Source: Bacteriovoracia bacterium
GTDB lineage: Bacteria > Bdellovibrionota > UBA1018 > JBFWNL01
DNA length: 64,000 nt
Direction: 5' to 3'
Assembly (NCBI GenBank): GCA_050251055.1
Contig: JBFWNL010000006.1
Span: 160,001-224,000, forward strand
Every line of letters begins with the position of its first letter. The first letter of the stretch is position 1. Under the pieces are notes generated by a model that was not told where the DNA came from, did not search any database, and saw only the letters and a program-made list of their open reading frames with translations. Shown here piece by piece: positions 1 to 7,510 of this stretch. The position numbers were made by a program, and so were the translations under genes.

Positions 1-29
1 CTTCCGGCTTTTACGCAAGGGAGAGGGCA

Positions 30-611
30 ATGAGTTTCCATCGAATGAAGTTTTTTGCGGTCGCATGTTTGGTCGGGGGCCTGCTCAGCCCGCCTACTGG
101 TCAGGGAGCGGGATTCACTATTTCTACGGAAGTGGTCACGGGTTCGAACGCTGGTTTCGTTGTTAGCCGAAGTCCCGGTGATTCTTCGGTGAGCGTGGTC
201 GATGTCGATTTGATTGCGTCCGGTCCGGGCGACGTAAATCCATACGAGTGCCCCGATCATAACCCCTATGACGGGTACAGTTGTGAGGCGCTCAAGGCGA
301 AACTCAAGGAGCTGGAGATGAGCCGAGACCGGGTTCGGACGCGTATTGCCCAGCTCGACCGGCAAATCGCCCGGTTGGATCGCGAAATCGCCGAGCAGGA
401 GCGCTTGTTTCGGGAGAGTGGGTGCCGAGAAGACATCAGTTTTTTTGATCTAACCCCCGCATGTCAGGCGATCAGTAGAAAGATCTTTGGTTTGAATATG
501 GAGCGGGACGGGGCGGTTTCTCTTCGTAGCATCATGCAAGAAGTGCTCGATCACTTTCTATGCCGAGTCGGCCTGGTTCAGAAGGCGATGGAAGCAAAGG
601 GCTGTAAGTAG
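30..611 (+). CDS. Secreted hypothetical protein with coiled-coil and several Cys
   Basis: GGAG RBS, N-terminal signal-peptide-like segment, heptad stretch (RIAQLDRQIARLDREIAEQ); followed by terminator-like hairpins. Confidence 0.7.
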   Translation: MSFHRMKFFAVACLVGGLLSPPTGQGAGFTISTEVVTGSNAGFVVSRSPGDSSVSVVDVDLIASGPGDVNPYECPDHNPYDGYSCEALKAKLKELEMSRDRVRTRIAQLDRQIARLDREIAEQERLFRESGCREDISFFDLTPACQAISRKIFGLNMERDGAVSLRSIMQEVLDHFLCRVGLVQKAMEAKGCK

Positions 612-666
612 GATTTGTTTTGCGACACCGTTAATCGGGTCACCCATCCGGCGGTGTCGTCAATCG

Positions 667-728
667 GAGCCGGAAGCGCGTTTGTAGTTCTCCCTTGAAG
701 AAGCAATAAAGCGCTTCCGGCTCTTTTT
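667..728 (+). terminator. Putative intrinsic terminator between convergent genes
   Basis: GAGCCGGAAGCGC (667-679) / GCGCTTCCGGCTC (711-723) followed by T-run; second hairpin CGACACCG/CGGTGTCG at 623-659. Confidence 0.55.
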
Positions 729-729
729 G

Positions 730-2538
730 TCACGAAGGCGGAGCGACGAAAGAGCGTACGCTATCGTCATGCAAAGTCTGCGCGAGCTGGGCCACGCCTT
801 GCTTTGAAACGCTGATCAACGTCTGATCGTCGTCACGCACCTTGAATTGTTCCTGCAGCATGATCTCGTCGTGCTGCCGGAATTTCGTGACAATCAACTG
901 CGCCAGGGCAGGGGCGTATCCCATCGCTTGCAATAGATCGCCAACGAAGTTGACGCTCGAATCAAACGTTTCGCGTTTGATGTATGAAACATTCTCGGCC
1001 ATCAAATCAAAGACGTGCCCGCGGTTGCGGGCCCGGGCAAAGATGGTGAGATTGGGAAAATTCTCTTTTACGGTCTTCGCGGTTTGGATGGACACCTCGA
1101 CGTCATCAATCGCCAGAATGAAAAACTTGGCTTTGCCGGCGCCGGCGGTCTGCAGGAGCTCCAGCCGAGAAGCATCCCCGTAGTAAACCTTGTTTCCGAA
1201 TTTGCGTACTTCCTCGACATGATCGGGGTCGTGATCGATGGCGACGAAGGGAACGCCTTGGGCGCGCAGGACCCGGCCGAAGATCTGACCGAAGCGTCCG
1301 AAGCCCGCGATAATAACCGAAGGGGTTTCGGAGTCGATGATGTCGTATTCCGGCTTTGCCGGCGCCGGCGTGCACGTCAGCCGTTCGACCGCCATCCCCA
1401 CTAGCGGATTGAGAGCCATGGATAGAGTTACGACCACGGTCAAAAGGGTGAGGGTGTGCGTGGGGGCGAGCTGCGATTGGGCGATTAGGCCGAAGATCAC
1501 GAAGGCGAACTCGCCGCCCTGGGCGATGGTGATGGCCATGCGCTTGGCATTTTCGTGGGTGAGGCGGAAAGCCCGGCCGGTGCCGTAGATCACGAACGAC
1601 TTGATGGCGAGATACCCGATCACCATGCCGCCGATTTGAAGGGGCTGGGCGCGGATGAGTTCGAGGCTGACGCTCATGCCGACGGCAATAAAGAACAAAC
1701 CCATCAGTAAGCTTTTGAACGGCTCGAGATCGGTTTCCAGCTCGTGGCGGTATTCGGAGTCGGCGAGCAGCACGCCGGCGATGAAGGTTCCGAGCGCGGC
1801 GGAGAGCCCGATGCTTTGCATGAGCGCGGCCACTCCCAGCACGATCAAGAGCGTAGCGGCGGTAAAAATTTCCCGCGCCCGCGCGGAAGCGATGAGGCGA
1901 AATGCGGGGCGGATCAGATAGCGGGCGCCCACGATTAAGCCGGCGATGATGGCGACGGCGGCTAGCGAAGTTTGCCAGGAAAATCCGGCGCCACCGGAAG
2001 CGGGTAGTCTTCCGTCCACGCCCAAGGCCGGAATCACGGCGAGCGCGGGGATCGCGACCAGATCCTGCATGAGCAACACGGCGAACGCGGCTCGGCCGAA
2101 TTCGGTATTGAATTGATTACGCTCGGTGAGCGATTGCACCGCGAAAGCGGTGGAGGAAAGCGAAAGCCCGAAGCCCACGACGAGCGCGGCGACCGGGGGA
2201 AGCCCTAATTCGCGTCCGATCGCCCACCCGATCGCGGCGAACGCCAGCGTGGTTACCGTCACCTGCAGGCCGCCCAGGCCCACGAGGTGTCGGCGCATCG
2301 ACCAAAGTTTACGGGGTTGGATTTCGAGCCCGATGATAAAAAGCAGCAGCACCACGCCCAGTTCGGAGAAGTGCATGACGCTTTCCGAGTCTTGGATGAG
2401 CTTCATGCCAAAGGGGCCGACGATCATCCCCGCGATGAGGTAACCCAAGATAGAGCCGAAACCCAGGCGTTTGAAAATGGGGACCAGAATCACCGCCGAG
2501 GCGATGAAGACCAGGGACTGACCGATAAAGGAGTTCAT
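730..2538 (-). CDS. KefB/KefC-type CPA2 K+/H+ antiporter with C-terminal KTN (RCK) domain
   Basis: Multi-TM domain with HFSELGVVLLLFIIGLE, YRHELETDLEPFK, QGGEFAFV; KTN motifs IIAGFGRFGQ, YYGDA, RARNR. Confidence 0.92.
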   Translation of the reverse strand: MNSFIGQSLVFIASAVILVPIFKRLGFGSILGYLIAGMIVGPFGMKLIQDSESVMHFSELGVVLLLFIIGLEIQPRKLWSMRRHLVGLGGLQVTVTTLAFAAIGWAIGRELGLPPVAALVVGFGLSLSSTAFAVQSLTERNQFNTEFGRAAFAVLLMQDLVAIPALAVIPALGVDGRLPASGGAGFSWQTSLAAVAIIAGLIVGARYLIRPAFRLIASARAREIFTAATLLIVLGVAALMQSIGLSAALGTFIAGVLLADSEYRHELETDLEPFKSLLMGLFFIAVGMSVSLELIRAQPLQIGGMVIGYLAIKSFVIYGTGRAFRLTHENAKRMAITIAQGGEFAFVIFGLIAQSQLAPTHTLTLLTVVVTLSMALNPLVGMAVERLTCTPAPAKPEYDIIDSETPSVIIAGFGRFGQIFGRVLRAQGVPFVAIDHDPDHVEEVRKFGNKVYYGDASRLELLQTAGAGKAKFFILAIDDVEVSIQTAKTVKENFPNLTIFARARNRGHVFDLMAENVSYIKRETFDSSVNFVGDLLQAMGYAPALAQLIVTKFRQHDEIMLQEQFKVRDDDQTLISVSKQGVAQLAQTLHDDSVRSFVAPPS

Positions 2539-2620
2539 AGCGGGATTCTAATCCGACGCGGGAAGTAAACCCAACTAAAGAATTTTCGTTTAATACCGAT
2601 ATCGATAGACGGAGGGGATT

Positions 2621-3244
2621 ATGGCGAAACTACGTCTTCTGAAGAATCGGAAGGAAGCCGGTACGACTCACGGCCCGGCCCGCGAAGGTGAACATTCCAC
2701 CGCGAATTTGCGCGGTTTTGGCGATCCAGCGCTGTTTCATCAAAGCTGTTTCGTGGTGCATCTGCTGGTGAAAGGTCAAATATCTGACGCTACCTTGAAC
2801 CGTTTGGTGCCCGCCTACAACCTGCACGTGGAACGACACCCGACGCAGGCGAACGCCTTTCAAGTACGCACGCATTGGGTGGCTCCGGAGCAGCATAAGC
2901 TGCAGGCGATTCGTCTTTTCGCGGCGGCGATGGACATACACCGCGCGCATCCCGGTATTTCTCTCCGCATTTGCCAAAGCAACGGGCTGCATGAACTGAT
3001 GCAATCGCGAATGCCCGGCCGCAAGCACGAAAATGTCTTCACGACGCATGCCGATTTCTTTCAAAGCGAGATTCATTCCTTCGCGATGGATCAATCGGTG
3101 CGCATGTATCTCCAGCAGGCTGGGTTGCCCATTGGGGGGACCACCTCCGGCATGCACGAATGCACCCATGCGGAGCTGGACCAAATGCACGACTTCATGA
3201 TGGGCCAGACGCACGCGCCGGCCTCGAAGCGGAAGGCGGGTTGA
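2621..3244 (+). CDS. Hypothetical protein, first gene of a three-gene operon
   Basis: GGAGGGG RBS before ATG; stop 1 nt from next start. Confidence 0.7.
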   Translation: MAKLRLLKNRKEAGTTHGPAREGEHSTANLRGFGDPALFHQSCFVVHLLVKGQISDATLNRLVPAYNLHVERHPTQANAFQVRTHWVAPEQHKLQAIRLFAAAMDIHRAHPGISLRICQSNGLHELMQSRMPGRKHENVFTTHADFFQSEIHSFAMDQSVRMYLQQAGLPIGGTTSGMHECTHAELDQMHDFMMGQTHAPASKRKAG

Positions 3245-3245
3245 T

Positions 3246-4184
3246 ATGGAAAACTCAGAAATGCAGAAAACCCCGCTCCCGGTCGACTTGTTGGTACCCA
3301 TCTACTTGGCCTTGATGGCGGGGCTGCCCACGGCGGCCACCGCGGCGATGTTTGCCGCCGCGCCGACGGTTTGGGGTAAAGTCGCGGCCGCATTCTTTGC
3401 GCCGGCCGTGTTCTCCATCGTGCTGGTGACCACGGCGGTGATCTTGAGCCTGCCGTTTCATGCGGCGATCATTCCGGGCCGCTTCCCGCGCAACACCAAG
3501 CACGTGGTTTACGGCCCGCGGCGGCTGTACGGACTTTGCTGGGGCGCTGTATTTTACTGCACGCCGGTTTATTATCTCTGCATGAGCTTCGGGCCCCTGA
3601 AGCGCTTCCTGCTAAAGGGGTTTGGTTACCGCGGGAGCCCGGATGTGAACTTCGCGCCCGATGCTTGGATTCGCGACCTGCCGGTGATGAAGGTCGGTCG
3701 CGGCGTATACGTGGCCAATAAATCCACGGTCGGTACGAACATGTGCCTTTCCGACGGCACGATCATGGTGGACCACGTCACCTTGAAAGACGGCGCCATG
3801 ATCGGCCACCTGAGTATGATCGCCCCGGGCTGCTCGATCGGTGCTAAGGCCGAGGTGAGCGTTGGCTGCGCCATCGGCATACGCGCCCAGTTTGGTGATG
3901 GCGCCCGCGTGGGTCCGATGTCCCTGGTGAATCACGGCGCGATCATTGGCGATAACGTGGATATCGGCGCGAGCGCCTACATCGGCGTAAAGACCCGTAT
4001 CGCGCCGGGTTTGAAGATCCCGGGCGGGGCGAATTTCCCCGAAGGCACAGAAATCGCGACCCAGGCCGACGTCGAGAATCATCTTACTTCCGAAACGCAG
4101 GTGATGAAGAACGAACTGCGGCGAATGGCGTTGGTTTACAGCGCCGGAGCGGATCCGAAAGCCACGGAGACGCACGCCGGGTAA
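3246..4184 (+). CDS. Membrane-anchored hexapeptide-repeat (left-handed beta-helix) acyltransferase-like protein
   Basis: N-terminal hydrophobic helices then [LIV]G hexapeptide repeats (SIGAKA, AIGIRA, QFGDGA, IIGDNV). Confidence 0.8.
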   Translation: MENSEMQKTPLPVDLLVPIYLALMAGLPTAATAAMFAAAPTVWGKVAAAFFAPAVFSIVLVTTAVILSLPFHAAIIPGRFPRNTKHVVYGPRRLYGLCWGAVFYCTPVYYLCMSFGPLKRFLLKGFGYRGSPDVNFAPDAWIRDLPVMKVGRGVYVANKSTVGTNMCLSDGTIMVDHVTLKDGAMIGHLSMIAPGCSIGAKAEVSVGCAIGIRAQFGDGARVGPMSLVNHGAIIGDNVDIGASAYIGVKTRIAPGLKIPGGANFPEGTEIATQADVENHLTSETQVMKNELRRMALVYSAGADPKATETHAG

Positions 4185-4193
4185 TGGAGGAAC

Positions 4194-5597
4194 GTGGAGG
4201 GCGGTCCATCCGTTGATCGCAAGCCGGATTTAGCGGGAAAGGTATTGGAGCTTTCCCTGCGGGACGCCGCGGAGCGTGCGGGCACCCTTTCGTTGATCTT
4301 CGCCCTGCTCTTCGGCAGTTACGGCTTTACTAGCCTTGATTTCATCAACCGCTTCGACCCCAGCGTTACTCTTTGGCAGAACGTGGTGCCCCGGCTGTTT
4401 TTCTGCGCGCTGCCTTTTTTCCTGCTCGGGCTCTTCATTAAGAAATCAAATGCTTCCGACCTCACGAAGTTCAACGCCTGGGTTTTTGGCTTTCCGGTGA
4501 TCTTGCACGTCACGGCCTGGATCCACATCTGGCCGATTGCGCTTTGGAAGTCCGCGAACATTCTGACTTACGTTAACGAGGCGAATTTGTTCCTTTATGG
4601 CGCCGTCTTCGCGGGCGTCGGCCCGCCCCGCCGTTATCTCGTGCGATTTTGCGCGGGGTTGGTCGCGATTTTCATCCTGCCGCTTTTCGTGGTCGCTTTT
4701 TTGACCTGGGACAAGGTCATCCTGAATCTTTTGATTGGCGACACGTTCCTATCGCTCAGCACGAGCATCTTTGTCTCCCACATGATCGATAAACTGCGTG
4801 CGGAAGTGGCTTACTATAAGTTGGAAAAAGAGATGGCGGCCAGCCAGTTCCTGGGACCCGTACTTTCGAAGGCGATCTTCGAGAACCAGCAGAACCGGCT
4901 CGAGCGCGTCCGGTGCCGCGGCTACATTGTCTGCATCGACATCCGCGACTCCACCACGCTGCAATCCGAGTTCGGCGAGCGTTGGCTGGAGTTCCGTAAA
5001 CGGTACTTCGCCCTGGTCAGTCAGTGCGTCTCAAGAAACCACGGTTATATCCAAAAAACCGTGGGCGATTGCCACGTCATTAATTTTGGCGTCATGGACT
5101 ACGGCGTGGATCTTTCGGATATACCGGGACTGGAGAGTGAGTTGGAGCGGGCGGATGATCGCCGTTTAAAGCGCGCGAGCGACAGCGTTTTCCGTTTCTT
5201 CGACGAGCTGTTCACGGCCTTCGAAGGGCTCGATCGTTCGCAGATTGAAGACCGCCCGATCTCCTTGGGCGCCGGCGTTGATAAGGGCTGGGTGGAGCGC
5301 GGCGTGCAGGGTGACGCCGCCACGAACAGTCTCGAGCTGGACGTGAACGGAGATCCCGTGAATTGCGCCAATCGCCTGCAGGAGTATTCCAAGTACCTCA
5401 AGCGCGACATGGAATGGGGAGGATCCCTGCTCGTTATCTCTCCGTTCGCCGCCGATTACATCTCCGACTTCAGTTCTTTCTTGAAGCACTCGACGACCGA
5501 CAACCCGGTTCGCAACTATAACGGCATCAAATGGGTGCTCTCGCGCAAGTACGGGGGCGCGCAGCGCCAGCGCCCGCCTCTGAAATTAGCCGCCTAA
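4194..5597 (+). CDS. Membrane-bound class III adenylate/guanylate cyclase
   Basis: About 6 TM helices; catalytic motifs CIDIRDST, KTVGDC, GDPVNCANRLQ; GGAGG RBS. Confidence 0.8.
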   Translation: MEGGPSVDRKPDLAGKVLELSLRDAAERAGTLSLIFALLFGSYGFTSLDFINRFDPSVTLWQNVVPRLFFCALPFFLLGLFIKKSNASDLTKFNAWVFGFPVILHVTAWIHIWPIALWKSANILTYVNEANLFLYGAVFAGVGPPRRYLVRFCAGLVAIFILPLFVVAFLTWDKVILNLLIGDTFLSLSTSIFVSHMIDKLRAEVAYYKLEKEMAASQFLGPVLSKAIFENQQNRLERVRCRGYIVCIDIRDSTTLQSEFGERWLEFRKRYFALVSQCVSRNHGYIQKTVGDCHVINFGVMDYGVDLSDIPGLESELERADDRRLKRASDSVFRFFDELFTAFEGLDRSQIEDRPISLGAGVDKGWVERGVQGDAATNSLELDVNGDPVNCANRLQEYSKYLKRDMEWGGSLLVISPFAADYISDFSSFLKHSTTDNPVRNYNGIKWVLSRKYGGAQRQRPPLKLAA

Positions 5598-5667
5598 GCG
5601 TTGGTCAGTGACTAATTCGTGTACGGATTAGTTACGGTAATTATTGGCTATTTTCGTAACTTAAATC

Positions 5668-5683
5668 TGGCCCCGTGTATGCA
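5668..5683 (+). promoter_or_regulatory. Putative sigma54 -24/-12 promoter
   Basis: TGGCCC-CGTGT-ATGCA, GG-N10-GC spacing, upstream of ORF 5725. Confidence 0.45.
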
Positions 5684-5724
5684 TCCTCAAGCTTAGGGGA
5701 AGTAACGGGCTTTGAGGTTCGGAT

Positions 5725-6297
5725 ATGACTTTGGGAAGGTTCGTATCGGGTTCGGGTTTTACCGCCACATTTTTTATCGGTCTATTGGTCGGGAGCGTTG
5801 GCTTTGCCGGCGAGTGCCGCGGTCCTGCTTACGCTAGCGAAGGATTATTTGAAAAGGATCACCCCCAGGTGAGGCGCGTGTCCGACGCGGTGGAGCGCGG
5901 ACGGGTGCACGGCCAAGATGTCGTTTTGAGCAACGGCATCGAGGTTCACTACACATGGGCGGGATGCCGATCCGAGGTGACGCCGGAATTTAAAGAAGAG
6001 TTAGTAGTGGAGACGATGGATCAACGGACCGCGAAGACCGCGGCCGAATACCTTCGCCTCGCTTACACCGTATTCAAGTCGCTTCCCATCCGTGACGACG
6101 CGATTTCAGAATTTGATCACTTCGAGATCGCATTCGAGCAGGCCATGGTTCGCGCCAATAGCTACGCAGGAAAACCGCTCTCCGAGCGCGCCGAAATCGA
6201 CATTGCCACCAGCGAGGCGGGCACCTACCGCGTGAAGTTCATGCGCGAAAAAGGCAAACGGCTGAAAATTAGATTTCAGTTCGTGCGCCCAGCTTAG
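5725..6297 (+). CDS. Secreted hypothetical protein
   Basis: Signal peptide ending GFA; fills the gap between neighbours. Confidence 0.65.
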   Translation: MTLGRFVSGSGFTATFFIGLLVGSVGFAGECRGPAYASEGLFEKDHPQVRRVSDAVERGRVHGQDVVLSNGIEVHYTWAGCRSEVTPEFKEELVVETMDQRTAKTAAEYLRLAYTVFKSLPIRDDAISEFDHFEIAFEQAMVRANSYAGKPLSERAEIDIATSEAGTYRVKFMREKGKRLKIRFQFVRPA

Positions 6298-7448
6298 CCG
6301 AGGTTTTTCAGGTAGGCGAACGGATCGGCCCAGGCGCTCGTCCAGTTCATCTTCATCTCGACGTCATTCAGTAGCGCGCTTTCCATCCGGCGTATCCAGT
6401 CGATTGGCGCAGATTGATCGCAGATGAAAACGACTTCGCTGTGGCGGTCGCCGTGCCGCTTATCCCAGTGGCGGGCAAGCTCCGGATGGGCTTCCTGCGC
6501 CGCCATTGCGTCCTCCGAATCCATGCTCGCGAGCCACGGTCCGTCGTCGGTGAGATGAATGGAATTAGGGCCGATCTGGCTGAAATTGACGGCCACCTCG
6601 TTGTGATTCGCGATCCAGATCGTCCCAAAGGTGCGGAAAATATCGGTTGGCCATTTCTCGATGAGCTTGGCCAGGCGCTCGGGATGAAACGGCCGCGTGG
6701 CCCGGAAGTGGATGCTGGGGACCAGGGCTTCGGGATCTTCCAGGGTGTGCCGCCAGGTCGATCCCCGCTCGGTTTGTTCGGCATCAAATAAGTGCTGACC
6801 CAACAGATCGTCGGGGAGGGTTTTAGTGGAGGCCGAGAAATGGATTCGCGCGCGCGGTTGCAGGCGGCGCAAGCCGCGCTCGATCCCAAGCAGCTCCCAG
6901 TCCAGCATGCGGGAAGCTTGGTTCAAGAGGATTTGATCGCAGTATTCGATTTGTTCGACCAAAAGCTCGTTGACGTCGTCTTTCATCCCGCCTTCCTCGA
7001 GCACTTCCTGCGAATAGACATCATTCCAAAACTGACGGGAGTCGATGACGGTAATGATGGAGTCGATGCGGTATCCGGCGTCGAGAATGTCTTCGACGAC
7101 GTGGCGAGTATCGATCAGGGCGGGGAGGTCGATGATCGCGGCACGCGCGTCTTTCGCGTCGGTCTCAATCTTGCGGAGAAACTCGAAAACCTTGTCAGCA
7201 CAAGCGCAGTCGGGACAGTCTTCCTCGTCGGGAGGATCGTCTTGCCCAGTGCCTCGCGTGGCGCGCGGAACGTGCGGCTTCTTGGGCCTTCGGGGCGGGA
7301 GCAAGCTGCGGGCGTCGATGTGGAGGACGCCCGTGCGATCTGCTAGCGCGCTGGCGACCTCCGAGCGGTCATGGTCGGTGAGGCCTTGCACCAAGGTCAA
7401 CTCCAGCACCGGTTTCTTATATTGATAAAGCGAAATAATCTGGGACAT
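6294..7448 (-). CDS. COG0523/CobW-family protein with degenerate GTPase domain and CobW C-terminal domain
   Basis: LLVEQIEYCDQILLN, FRATRPFHPERL, WDKRHGDRHSEVVFI match YciC/ZigA-type proteins; no GxxGxGKT Walker A. Confidence 0.8.
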   Translation of the reverse strand: MSQIISLYQYKKPVLELTLVQGLTDHDRSEVASALADRTGVLHIDARSLLPPRRPKKPHVPRATRGTGQDDPPDEEDCPDCACADKVFEFLRKIETDAKDARAAIIDLPALIDTRHVVEDILDAGYRIDSIITVIDSRQFWNDVYSQEVLEEGGMKDDVNELLVEQIEYCDQILLNQASRMLDWELLGIERGLRRLQPRARIHFSASTKTLPDDLLGQHLFDAEQTERGSTWRHTLEDPEALVPSIHFRATRPFHPERLAKLIEKWPTDIFRTFGTIWIANHNEVAVNFSQIGPNSIHLTDDGPWLASMDSEDAMAAQEAHPELARHWDKRHGDRHSEVVFICDQSAPIDWIRRMESALLNDVEMKMNWTSAWADPFAYLKNLG

Positions 7449-7510
7449 GGCGGTCGCCCAAGCTCATATCATAACCGGGGCCCGTACGCCAAATCGTGCC
7501 GGGTTTTCGG

